Source: an uncultured Gammaproteobacteria bacterium
Lineage (GTDB): Bacteria; Pseudomonadota; Gammaproteobacteria; UBA9214
Direction: 5' to 3'
NCBI GenBank assembly: GCA_963827755.1
Contig: CAWHCQ010000006.1
Location: 1-26,431, forward strand
Length of the DNA stretch: 26,431 bases
The notes below the pieces were generated by a model. The model saw only the letters and a list, made by a program, of their open reading frames with translations. It made no database searches and had not been told where the DNA came from. This document shows positions 10,278 through 21,300 of this stretch, piece after piece (within the stretch, counting starts at the first letter, position 1; each line of letters opens with the position of its first letter). A program made the position numbers and the translations under genes.

Positions 10278-13089
10278 TTATAGTTTCGGGGCTATCTCGG
10301 AAACACGAACCCAGTCAACCTCCAGGGTCTGGGGAAATTCCGAGTTGGCTGGCGTCGGATTCTGTTCACCGCTGCCCAGTGTCCCGCCCATTGCCAGGTT
10401 GAGAATCATGTAGAACGGCTTGTTGAACTCTTCCATGGTGTCATCGATTTCACGCTCAAATACCACGACGCCATCATCAAGCTCATTGATCCTGATCTTG
10501 AACAGGAATCGTCTTGGGTTCCACTCCACGGAGTAGATGTAAAAGCCTGTGTCCAGATTAGGACTGCCTGGCAGCGAGGCTAAACCACCTTCCGAAGCGT
10601 GCCCTCCCTGCAGAAAATTCGTGTAACAGGTATCCAGGGCTGGGTCGTATTGCGGATTGGATTCATCGCACCAGTGCAGGGTGGCATGGGTGTTGAACTT
10701 GGTAGCACCGTTATTGTTGGCGGAGGGTGGCGTCCACACCTCCATGATGTCGATTTCACCAACAATCGGCCAATTAACTCCATCAAGAATACTGGATCCC
10801 AGCATCCAGAAGGCCGGCCAGGCGCCTAACCCCGTGGGTACTTTCATGCTTGCCTCGATTTTCCCGTACTTGATGTCGTTGAGCGATTCGGCTGTATTGA
10901 TCCTCGCGGAAAAGATCGTGTCGCCGCGGTTGGTCAGCACGCATTCCACGGGAGTATCCCCGAGTTTGGCGCTGTCCCAGTAAATCCCACCGGACGCCCC
11001 GTCATGCTCGAGTTGGAGGCGGGCGGTAACGGCACCCGCGGGGGCGATCTCGGTAATTTCGACCAGGGTCCAGTCTTCGGGGTTACCAGGAGTAGGCGCG
11101 AGCTCGATGTCGCCGACCCCAGCCGGTGGTGGCACGATCACACGCTCATGCGTGACGAGCACGCTGCTGGCGCCATCCAGGAACAGCAGCTTGACACGCG
11201 CTGTACCAGTGAATGTGTTTGCAAGAGCCCAGTTCTGAGCGTACACCGAGGCGGCTACCTCTTCGCCCGCGACCACGGAGATGTCCTGGTAGGCCTGCGC
11301 GCCAATACCGGACTGCAGTAGCTCAAAGTCGCCATCCTCTGCGCCGGGACCCGTAAAAGAAAATATGGTGGCTAAGGGTATTGGTGCCGACACTGTCCCA
11401 GCCGATAGTCAGGGGCAGGCCATTCACCGCACCTTCCTCGAAACTGGGATTCATGAATAACTGCGCTGCCGCCAGGGCTTTCCGGGAGGACCTCATCGCC
11501 GTCCAGTTCCCCGCAGACCGCGGTGATCTTCAGGATGCCGTCTTCGACCTTGAGCACGTCCGGGTCATCCGAGTAGTACTGCCACTCGTTGTTGCCCCAG
11601 CCTATTTGATCGGGGCCGGTTCCAGGGGGCTGGTAGGCGAATTCCGGCTTCCAGTTATTGGGATTTCCGGCAAGATTATCGCGCCAATCGTAGCTTCCAT
11701 CAAAATCATCGAACCATCTCTCTACGTAGTCATCCGGGGGAAATTCCACCTTCGGCCCGATCAAACTCGCGCTATCGATGATAAACGCTGCTTACATCAG
11801 CTAATCTGCCTGGATCACCTAACGGGAATGGTTCAACGCTATCTGCAGGAAATTTGGGAAACTGAAGATGCAAGCACCTGGAAACGGGCCGTGACAGTAT
11901 CCGGGGTGGTAGTGGCCGTGACTTCCATCTTGGTCCATTCGCCCGGCGGCAGGTAGAGCCTGCCCGATTCGGGGTCGTCCTCACCGCTAGCCTGCAACTC
12001 AACGGCGTATTCTCCAAAACCGTCTTCAAAGTCGCCATCGGTCGAAAAGATCAGTGACAGCAGCAAGAAGTTTGGCGAAAACAGACTGCCGTCGAGGTTT
12101 TGCGCCATGATGGAGGCGGTGTATGTCTCGCCACCGACGACGTCAACATCCTGGTAGGCACCCGTTACCTCCGGTTCAGGAAAAAACTTGATGAAGTAAG
12201 TCGGGCCGAACAACCGCATGTGAATTGTCGCCCGCGTGAGCACGATAGTCTTCGATGGCTTGACCGCCAGCAGCACAACGGGTGTTGTCGATATTGTCGA
12301 CACAATCCAGGGCGAAATTAAGTACCTGGTCCCAGCCCTGTGGAATGAACCCCTGATTAGGATCACCCAATCCGGATCATCAAAGAAAGCGAAAGACCCT
12401 TCGAAATCGCCGTTTTGCAACAGCTCCTGATCCTCGGGAGACGTCTGCGTCTCGTTACAATCATCAAAGGGGAATCCGAAAGTCCCGCTGCCACCGCCCG
12501 GCAGATAGGTATCAAAGCAAAAGGCATCCAGCGCGGTACCCGTGCCGACTCTGGCCAGGCTGATGTCAGGGTCCATATTCAGGAATGTAATCAGGTCATC
12601 GAGATCAGTATCAAAAGTCCCACTGTCTAAATCCAGGGGCAAGCCATACAAGCTGATCCGCTCGCGTACTTCCTCTGTTATCACGACCCCGTTCCCGTGG
12701 TCCTGGTCCTCATCGAGGCTGTAGATGAAACTTAACAGTCTGGCGACCCTGGTATCCGCGGGAGAGCTGCTACCGGTAAGTTGAACCGCCGTAATGATCG
12801 CTGCGCAACGCGCGCTGCCTATGTCATACAAGCCGCCAATATCACCGATGGCAAATGTGATTGTTTCACCGGGTAAGCAGGAGAATTCACTGCGAGAATT
12901 TGTGAAACCTTCCTGGGTTGCGGTTTTGAAGGTAACGCCCTCTACATCCGAGAACACCAGCTTACCCGAGCTTTTACCGACAGGTCCCGAAGGCGTGCCG
13001 TCGCCTGTGCCGAAACAACCCGTCAGGACAATGGACAGGACACTGATGGTCAAAAAGTGTGACAGGCGTATGAAAGATTTTGAATTCAT
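10278..13089 (-). CDS. Multidomain surface lipoprotein: N-terminal domain, CBM4-like module, and GH16 endo-beta-1,3-glucanase containing a second inserted CBM4-like module (about 935 aa rejoined; several frameshifts)
   Basis: Lipobox VLTG-C. CBM4-like start LLQNGDFE and AYQDVDVVGGETYTAS. GH16 motifs WFDDFDG, GWGNNEWQYY, DGILKITA, SARINT, YGKIEA, WPAFWMLG, catalytic GEIDIME, FNKPFYMILNLAMGG, FPQTLEVDWVRV. Confidence 0.85.
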
Positions 13090-13311
13090 GAGTAAATCTC
13101 TATGTTATTTGCTGAATGACCGACAATGAATTTCACAACCCCGGCATAGCGAATGTGCCTGGCGGGCGGGTGGATTTGTAGTTGGCATCGTGGAATATTT
13201 GAATTTCTGCAGGTGTCTGAGCTAACCGACATCAGACAATTCGATTCAGATAATCGTGGCAAAAATATTTATTTAGTTTCATTGTGATGGTATTTTGTTG
13301 TCATTAAGAGC

Positions 13312-13338
13312 GCATAAATGCTATATAGCACTCTATGC
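13312..13338. promoter_or_regulatory. Candidate operator: palindrome TGCTATATAGCA with GCATA/TATGC outer arms, in an AT-rich divergent promoter region
   Basis: A perfect 12-bp palindrome at 13319-13330, flanked by GCATA (13312-13316) and TATGC (13334-13338), lies between the divergent GH16 gene and the regulator. Function is inferred. Confidence 0.5.
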
Positions 13339-13449
13339 TTGAATGATCGGGCCTGTCAAGCTCATTGACTTTCAATCATTAAAACATAAACAATAAGATG
13401 CATATACTTGGAATTAATATGAAAAAATCAAATATTATAATATTAAAAT

Positions 13450-14601
13450 GTGCTTTCAAGACTGACTCACGCGCGGCACAAGTACGCGCCGGGGATTATC
13501 AATTCGGAATATGACAACTTGGATATACCTCAACACAAATATCTGATTGCGGAAGATAAAATCAGGGAAGTCATCAGCCGTCTTGAAATCGATGACAAGC
13601 TTTCGGGTGAACGGGTATTAGCTAAAGAACTCGGCATCTCGTACATGACGGTGCGAAAAGCTATTGAGAAGCTGGTCACATGTGGCGCCCTTTACAAGAT
13701 TCCAAAAAAAGGCACCTATGTTGCTGACCCGCGGGTAGTAATAACTAAAACAAAAAATATCGGCTACTTCCTCGACGCCAGCATCAAAGACGGATTATCC
13801 AGCCCCTATTACTCCCTGGTTTTCGATGCACTTGAAAAAGAAGCAACAAAATTCGGCTATGCATTGATGTACTGTTCGGATTTCGATGAATCCATCGCGA
13901 AAATGGAAAAAATCGATGGGGCGATTATCAGTTGCTTTCCACGTATAGAAAATATTGTTCAGCACGTGAATACGATGGTGCCTGTCGTTTGTATTGATAA
14001 CTGTTCAGCAGATAAATCCATACCTTCAGTAACCATTGATAACTTCAACTCTGTGGTTGAATCAACCGGTTATCTTTTCTCTCTGGGTCACAGGCGGGTG
14101 GGTTTCATAACCGGCCTGGATGATTCGGATATCGGCAACAACAGGCTTGCCGGATATCAAAATGCCCTGAAAACCCATGGCATTGGCGAAGATCCGGATC
14201 TTGTATACAGAGGCGACTATACATTTGAGACCGGAATAAAAGCTGCCGACTATTTCCTCTCACTGGACGAACGACCAACGGCGATTATGTGTGCAAACGA
14301 TATAATGGCCATCGGCGCAATAAAGGAAACTTTACTGAAAGGACTCAAGGTACCCGAGGATATCAGCATCATAGGGTTTGATGATATTACTATTGCTTCC
14401 CAGATGACTCCATCTTTAACAACGGTATCAGCACCCATCAAGGAAATTGCGAAACATTCCCTGGCGATGCTCAACTCGATAATGTATGGCACCAGGCTGG
14501 AAAATACGCACATTGCCCTGCCTGCAAGATTGGTGCTCAGGAACACATGCGCAACAAACAGAAACAGCATAATCACCGCGAGGATGCGGAAGTCACACTG
14601 A
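13450..14601 (+). CDS. Transcriptional regulator with a GntR-type wHTH and a LacI-type sugar-binding domain (AraR-like architecture); the true start may be TTG 13519
   Basis: DKLSGERVLAKELGISYMTVRKAIEKLV...KGTYV is a GntR HTH. LGHRRVGFI, PTAIMCANDIMAIG and VPEDISIIGFDD...PSLTTV are LacI effector-domain motifs. Confidence 0.93.
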   Translation: MLSRLTHARHKYAPGIINSEYDNLDIPQHKYLIAEDKIREVISRLEIDDKLSGERVLAKELGISYMTVRKAIEKLVTCGALYKIPKKGTYVADPRVVITKTKNIGYFLDASIKDGLSSPYYSLVFDALEKEATKFGYALMYCSDFDESIAKMEKIDGAIISCFPRIENIVQHVNTMVPVVCIDNCSADKSIPSVTIDNFNSVVESTGYLFSLGHRRVGFITGLDDSDIGNNRLAGYQNALKTHGIGEDPDLVYRGDYTFETGIKAADYFLSLDERPTAIMCANDIMAIGAIKETLLKGLKVPEDISIIGFDDITIASQMTPSLTTVSAPIKEIAKHSLAMLNSIMYGTRLENTHIALPARLVLRNTCATNRNSIITARMRKSH

Positions 14602-14612
14602 CGTAGAAATAT

Positions 14613-15557
14613 TTAACCCTGCATGACCAGTTTCGGCTTGCGATCCACGGTGAAGAGTCCCCAGTGCTTCTCCGGGTCAAGCGGATCAGCAGAGCCTTTC
14701 CAGGGTTCATCAAAGGCCTCGAAGACAAAGGTGAGAATCTTCTCCTCCGTGGTCCATTCGAGCAGTTGCTCATAGTAGATCGCCTGCAGTTCCTCGGAGG
14801 CATTCCAGGACTCGAGCCCGCGCCCGTTGGACGCGGTCGTCCAGCCGGCCTCGGTAATCACCACCGGCTTTCCGGGGTAGTGGTTCACTACATCATGATA
14901 ATTCTGCTTGGTGTATTCCAGCGCATCCTCGATGGTGCGGTATTCCCAGGCGGGATAGGTGTGCACGGAGATAAAATCCAGTTCGGCCGCCAGCGGCTCC
15001 AGCTTGTAGGTCCAGGGAACGTAGTTTTCGCAAAAGGTTACCGGCTGACTGATCTCGCGCTTGATTTTGTGCACATAGGCTATCAGGCTGTCCACCGGCA
15101 CCATGTGATCCGTCCACTCGACGCTGGCCTCGTTGCCCACGGACACCGAGGACACGATATCCGGGCAGCGGCTCGCCAACTCGATCAGTTTTTCGGCCTG
15201 GCTGTAGTTTGCCTGCTGATTCGCAGTGAGGGTCTCATCACTGAATTCCGCCCCCCAGGGACAGTGCGGGTTGCTTATTTCAGCGGCCAGATCCATCCCC
15301 AGCATGATCTTGAAATCGAGGCCTTCCTTGCCGATCACCTCGAGGACCGTTTCGGCATGGGGGCTGCAGTCATACAGCCTGAGAAATTTCCAGTTGTTCG
15401 CCAGGATATTGAGATCCTCGCTGACCTCTGCATAACTCGGGAAGACGCCTGCTTGCGGAGATTGCCCTTCCCGGTAACCGGAATAACATATCGCGTTGCC
15501 GTGTCCTGCCTGCATGGCAATCCGGCTTACCGCCTGTTTTACGGGTTTACTAGACAT
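14613..15557 (-). CDS. GH17 family beta-1,3-glucanase/transglycosylase, no signal peptide
   Basis: ICYSGYR, LRLYDC, acid/base SVGNEA, FISVHTYPAWE, nucleophile VITEAGW, FEAFDEPWK, EKHWGLF. The start overlaps the upstream GH17 stop by 8 nt. Confidence 0.9.
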   Translation of the reverse strand: MSSKPVKQAVSRIAMQAGHGNAICYSGYREGQSPQAGVFPSYAEVSEDLNILANNWKFLRLYDCSPHAETVLEVIGKEGLDFKIMLGMDLAAEISNPHCPWGAEFSDETLTANQQANYSQAEKLIELASRCPDIVSSVSVGNEASVEWTDHMVPVDSLIAYVHKIKREISQPVTFCENYVPWTYKLEPLAAELDFISVHTYPAWEYRTIEDALEYTKQNYHDVVNHYPGKPVVITEAGWTTASNGRGLESWNASEELQAIYYEQLLEWTTEEKILTFVFEAFDEPWKGSADPLDPEKHWGLFTVDRKPKLVMQG

Positions 15558-16452
15558 ACTTGAGTTTTCCGTCTTTGTCCCAGAGGCCCCAATAGGCCCC
15601 GACGTCGCCTTCCGCGTCTACCTTCCAGGTCTCGTCGAACGCCGAGAAATAGAAGATTTCGATACCCTCCTCTTCGGCCCACTGGCAGGTATCGATAAAA
15701 TATTTTATGGCGTTTTCAAAAGACGGTACGGCGCCCCCCTCGGGCGTGCCCACATTCGGCCAGCCGGTTTCACTGATAATGACCTTCTTGCCATTCGCTG
15801 CCTGGACGGCACGATGATACATATCTTTCATGTAGAGCAGGGAGTACTCGGCCGGGCAACTCTCCCAGAAAGGGTAGCAGTTGGCGAGGATGACATCACA
15901 GGCCTCTGTCACCCGCGGGTGATCGACAAACTTGAAATAGGCATCGACATAGCCGACATCAATATCCGGAACGGCCTGCTTCGCACGACTGATATAGTCG
16001 ATCAGTTCATCCTCGGACAGGTCACCGCGAAGCAGCACCTCGTTGCCCACCGCCAGAATGCCCGCATGGCCGGCCCTGGCGACTTCGATGGCGTTGGCCA
16101 GTTCCTTCTCGTTATTGTCCCGGTCGTCGTTCAACCAGACACCGACCATGGTCTTGAGCCCGTTTTCAGCGGCAATCCCGGGGATCAGTTCATTGCCTTC
16201 CGTGCAGGAAAAGGTACGTATCCAGTTGACACAGGGCTGGATGAACTTCAAGCGCTCACGGATCTGTGCTGCACCGATTTGCGTGCCCGGGCCCTGACCC
16301 TCTATATAGGGACTGAAGCATATTCCATGAATCTTCTGCTCGAGAATCTTGCGAACGATTGCAGCCAGTTCCTTGCCGGATAGCCTGGAAACATCGATTC
16401 CGGCCAAGGCCATTTTTTTGGCCAAAGCCTCTTTTTTACTGTATCTGCCCAC
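15550..16452 (-). CDS. GH17 family beta-1,3-glucanase/glucosidase, no signal peptide
   Basis: GTG at 16452 follows a purine-rich RBS; the ORF track extends it to 16545. Motifs GICFSPY, WIRTFS, LAVGNEVL, LANCYPFWE, IISETGWP, YFSAFDETWK..EGDVGAYWGLWD. Confidence 0.92.
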   Translation of the reverse strand: MGRYSKKEALAKKMALAGIDVSRLSGKELAAIVRKILEQKIHGICFSPYIEGQGPGTQIGAAQIRERLKFIQPCVNWIRTFSCTEGNELIPGIAAENGLKTMVGVWLNDDRDNNEKELANAIEVARAGHAGILAVGNEVLLRGDLSEDELIDYISRAKQAVPDIDVGYVDAYFKFVDHPRVTEACDVILANCYPFWESCPAEYSLLYMKDMYHRAVQAANGKKVIISETGWPNVGTPEGGAVPSFENAIKYFIDTCQWAEEEGIEIFYFSAFDETWKVDAEGDVGAYWGLWDKDGKLKYV

Positions 16453-16509
16453 TGCGCCCCCCTTTTCCTGGCATCGCTTTACGGCCGGAATTGCCCCCAA
16501 CCCGACCCT

Positions 16510-16540
16510 GTGTGAACCGCTCGATATAGCACGGTCACAC
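16510..16540. promoter_or_regulatory. Imperfect palindrome containing a 9/12 match to the candidate operator, upstream of the GH17 pair
   Basis: GTGTGAACCG...CGGTCACAC arms enclose CTCGATATAGCA (16520-16531). It lies in the divergent GH17/glgC intergenic region. Confidence 0.35.
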
Positions 16541-16999
16541 CGCAATCTATACCAGGCTTGTTTCCTTTACCAGTGCTGGTTTGCCGACAAGCACTGGCAT
16601 TCCCCCGGTTATAGCAGAAAAAAATGATGACATGCTCCACTTACAACGGCTGTAACCCGCGGCGCCGGGTACCAACCATGAATCATGAGAACATGAATGT
16701 CAGAAAGCGATTCTTCAACGCTCCCTGCAGTGAAAACGATCATGAACCGGTGGGCGGGTGGATACTTCCCGGGCGGAAAACACAACTCACGGGGTGTTCT
16801 CCGGCACAACTGCTATACCCTGGATTAACAGGAAAACTCAATCGGAGTCTGCTAAGCTGGCCGGGGTGTTTTCACAGTCATGGTTTCGCTATTGCCTTGC
16901 CGCCAGGTGAAAGGGGCGGGGAAAAATTGATGCTGCCATGTAAAGAAAACAGGAGAGCACGATCAAAACGGCAATCAACAAGCAGGTAGCGGACGCCAG

Positions 17000-18250
17000 A
17001 TGCCCACAAGCAAATCCCGACATATTTCACTGCTGACCCGCGAAACCCTGGCCCTGGTACTGGCTGGCGGACGAGGATCGCGTTTACATGAACTGACAAG
17101 CCGGCGTGCGAAGCCTGCCGTTTATTTCGGAGGCAAGTTTCGCATTATCGATTTTCCGTTGTCCAACTGCGTCAATTCCGGCATTCGGCGAATCTGCGTA
17201 CTCACCCAGTACAAGGCGCATTCGCTGATCCGTCATCTGGTGAGAGGCTGGAGTTCCTTCCAAAGTGAGTTGGGTGAATTTGTCGAAGTACTGCCGGCCT
17301 CCCAACGCACCGACTCCGGCTGGTATGCCGGAACTGCCGATGCTGTCTACCAGAACCTGGATATCATCCAGTCATTGCGGCCCAAATACATCCTGATTCT
17401 GGGCGGCGATCATGTCTATAAAATGGACTATGGCCCGATGTTGGCACATCACGAAGAAAAGAACGCCGACATGACGATCTCGTGCATAGAGGTTCCGCTG
17501 GAAGAAGCCACGGAATTTGGTGTCATCGGTGTTGATACAGATAACCGGGTCGTGTCTTTCGATGAAAAGCCGTCTGCACCTCGTCCACTGCCCGGATCTG
17601 AAGACAGGGCACTGGTATCAATGGGCAATTATGTCTTCAATACCGAATTTCTTTACAAGCATTTGCAGCTGGATGCCATCAATCACCAGTCAAGCCATGA
17701 TTTCAGCAAGGACATCATTCCATCCATCATGCATGACTCGCAGGTTTTTGCCTGCCGGTTTCAGGATGTAGAGGCGAGCGTAGAACCCTACTGGCAGGAT
17801 GTAGGAACGCTGGATGCATTCTGGTCAGCCAACATAGGCCTCGCGGATGTCACCCCGAAACTCAACCTGTATGACCAGCAGTGGCCGATTCTCACCCATC
17901 AGAGCCAGTTGCCGTCTGCCAAGTTTGTCCTGCAAGTCAGTATGCAGGACTCGATCGTCTCCGGAGACTGCATCATTTCCGGCGCATCGATCGAGCGCTC
18001 TGTATTGTTCTCCAGTGTCCGGGTTCATTCCAATGCAGATGTGAAAGAGTCTGTCGTCTTGCCGGAAGTTGTTATCGGAAGTAATTGCCGAATAAAGCGT
18101 GCCATCATCGATCGCGGCTGCCGGCTGCCAGATGGCATGGTTATAGGAGAAGACCGTGATGAAGATGCCAAACGTTTTCGAGTGACCTCAACCGGCGTAG
18201 TACTGGTGACGCCGGAGATGCTGGGCCAGGAACCGACAACGCTTCGATAG
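17000..18250 (+). CDS. glgC: Glucose-1-phosphate adenylyltransferase (ADP-glucose pyrophosphorylase)
   Basis: [65 protein letters not shown] and a C-terminal beta-helix. Intact 416-aa ORF. Confidence 0.96.
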   Translation: MPTSKSRHISLLTRETLALVLAGGRGSRLHELTSRRAKPAVYFGGKFRIIDFPLSNCVNSGIRRICVLTQYKAHSLIRHLVRGWSSFQSELGEFVEVLPASQRTDSGWYAGTADAVYQNLDIIQSLRPKYILILGGDHVYKMDYGPMLAHHEEKNADMTISCIEVPLEEATEFGVIGVDTDNRVVSFDEKPSAPRPLPGSEDRALVSMGNYVFNTEFLYKHLQLDAINHQSSHDFSKDIIPSIMHDSQVFACRFQDVEASVEPYWQDVGTLDAFWSANIGLADVTPKLNLYDQQWPILTHQSQLPSAKFVLQVSMQDSIVSGDCIISGASIERSVLFSSVRVHSNADVKESVVLPEVVIGSNCRIKRAIIDRGCRLPDGMVIGEDRDEDAKRFRVTSTGVVLVTPEMLGQEPTTLR

Positions 18251-18355
18251 AATACCCGGTGGATTTCGTTCTGACTAAAATGTCCCGATAACAAGACAGT
18301 CATTCGGGTGAGCCCCGATTCTGTTGCTTTAACTAAAGTGGAGTAGATCACAAAA

Positions 18356-21300
18356 ATGTCTATTGCAAACACCACTGCCGTGTCCGGCGAGTTTATGACT
18401 CTGGCGGGAGAACGTTATTACCTGATACGCAACGTTGACAAGATGACTCCATTTTTCATCAGCATCATTTCAAATGACGATCACTGGCTATTTATTTCTT
18501 CAACCGGAGGGCTTACGGCCGGCCGGGTGTCACCCGATACGGCGCTGTTCCCTTACATAACGGTCGACAAGATCCATGAGAGTATCGCCGCATACGGGCA
18601 GCAAGACGCTGATCAGTACCACGATAGACAGCCACAGGTATGAGTGGGAACCCTTCAACAAAGGGCATGTCGGTCGCTATGCGACCAACCGCAACCTGTA
18701 TAAAAACATTCTCGGCAACAAGCTGTGCTTTGAAGAAATCAACCATGATCTGGAGCTGGCATTCCGCTACTGCTGGGTGAGCAGTGACACCTACGGCTTT
18801 GCGCGCCAGTGCGAACTGGAGAACATTGGCCAGGAGAGCCGCAGCGTGGAACTGGTCGACGGATTGCAGAATATTCTCCCGGCCGGTACGCCGCGCTTTG
18901 CCCAGACAAACGTCAGCAACCTGGTGGACGCGTACAAGTGGAGCGAACTGGATGAGCAGACAGGGCTGGGCCTGTTTACGCTCTATTCCGGTATCACGGA
19001 CCGGGCCGAGCCCTGCGAGTCCCTCAAGGCCACGACTGTATTTTGTCTTGGCCTGGAGGGGCAGAAGGTGCTGCTCTCATCGAGGCAGCTCGACAACTTC
19101 CGCCGCGATGAGCCGTTGACACAGGAAGTCCGCACGCGCGGTATCCGCGGGGCGTACCTTGTCAACGTGTCACTGGACCTGGCGCCGCAGACATCCCGGC
19201 GCTGGCAGCTGGTTGCCAACATCGAACAGAGCCAGACGCAGGCAGTCAGCCTGCGCCATCAGCTCGGCGACCCGGCTGCGCTGGCCACGGCGATCACCCG
19301 CTCCGTTGACAAGGGCTCGGAAGAACTGGCTCGCATCATGGCACGCGGAGATGCACTCCAGGACACCGCCGAGGAAAACGTGTCCGCACACCATTATGCA
19401 AACGTGCTGTTCAACATCCTGCGCGGTGGTATCTTCGATAACCAGTACCAGGTGTCATCACGGGATTTCAGCAACACCATCAAGATGTTCAACCGCAACG
19501 TGTATCAGCGCAACCAGGCACTGCTCGATGCGTTGCCCGAACAGCTGGACTACATCAAGCTGCATTCCACCATCAAGCAACAGGGCGACCCGCAGCTGGA
19601 ACGCCTGACTTGCGAGTACCTGCCCATCACCTTTGGCCGCCGGCACGGCGACCCCAGCCGGCCCTGGAACCAGTTTGTCATCAAGCTGAAAGACAAACGC
19701 GGCAACCACCTGCTCTCCTATGAGGGCAACTGGCGTGATATTTTCCAGAACTGGGAGGCCCTGGCCTTCAGCTATCCCGAGTTTATCGAAAACGTGATTG
19801 CCAAGTTCGTCAACGCCTCGACTGTGGATGGCTACAACCCTTACCGGATTACCAAGCAAGGCATCGACTGGGAAGTCGAGGAACCCGATGACCCGTGGAG
19901 CTACATCGGCTACTGGGGTGATCACCAGATCATTTATCTCCAGAAACTGCTGGAACTTTCCAGCCAGTTCCACCCGCAGCGCCTCGCTACCCTGTTGCAC
20001 CAGCCTGTCTTCAGCTATGCCAACGTGCCCTACAGGATCAAGCCGTTTGAAAGCCTGCTTGAGGACGCCAAGAGCACCGTGGTGTATGACCATGAACTGG
20101 CGGAGCGTGATCGAGCAGCGGGTCGCTGACAAGGGCGCCGATGGCAAGCTGGTGCTGGATACCGATGGCGAGGTGTACCAGGTCAACCTGCTCGAGAAGC
20201 TGCTGGTGTCACTGCTGGCCAAGCTGGGCAACCTCGTCATCGATGCCGGCATCTGGCTCAACACCCAGCGCCCGGAATGGAACGATGCCAACAACGCGCT
20301 GGTTGGCCAGGGGTTGTCCATGGTGACCCTGTACTACATGCGCCGCTATGTGAGTTTCCTGCTGCATTTACTGACAGAGGAATCAGGTACCGTCAACCTG
20401 TCCCGGGAAGTGGCGCAATGGCTGACTGAAACCGCTGCGGCATTGAGCGAGATCCGGCCGCAACTGCAAGGCGGACCGGTTACTGCCAGGCGGCGATACC
20501 AGTTACTGGTCGAGCTCGGACAGGCGGCATCCCGATACCGGCAGACCGTCTACCGGCAAGATTCATTCGCCGGCCAGGTGCCCCAGCCGCTGGATCAGGT
20601 CACAGCCATGCTGGACGATGCCCTGGCGGCGATCGACCACAGCATCGAGTGCAACGTGCGCGAGGATGGTCTCTACCACGCCTATAACCTGCTGCATATC
20701 AAGTCGAAGGAAGTCGAAATCGATCGCCTCTATACCATGCTGGAGGGTCAGGTGGCCGCACTCAGTTCCGGCGCTATAACCCCGACCCGTGCGGTAGAGA
20801 TGCTTCAAACCCTCTTCGAGAGTGATATTTTCCGCGCCGATCAACATACATTCATGCTCTATCCGGATCGTGAGCTGCCGAGTTTCCTGGAGAAGAACCG
20901 CATACCGGCTGAACAGGTCAAATCGATTCCTGTGCTCATGCGGATGCTGGAACAGGGGGAAGACCGCATCGTCGTGCGCGACGCGGACGGCTACTATCGC
21001 TTCAGTGCGGAATTCCAGAATGTCGGCGATCTGAATATACAGCTGGATGCCCTGGAGCCGCAGTATGGTGATGAGCTCAAGCAGGCTCGCAAACCCTTGC
21101 AGGAACTCTTTGAAGAGGTATTCAATCAAAAGTCTTTCACCGGGCGCTCCGGCGGCATGTTCGGCTTCGAGGGACTGGGCTGCATCTATTGGCACATGGT
21201 TTCCAAGCTGCTGCTGGCAGTGCAGGAGAACTTCTTTGCTGCCCGGGCACAGGGGGCGGATGAAGAAACCTGCCAGCAGCTGGGGCATCTCTACTACTGC

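Noticed and set aside
14613-16452. GH17s as an NdvB-type cyclic periplasmic glucan synthase
   Set aside because: No GT2 domain, TM segments or signal peptides, and no glycosyltransferase gene in the window.
16609-17099. Small ORFs between GH17 and glgC (e.g. 16624..16989)
   Set aside because: No recognisable domain. The region must hold two divergent promoters.
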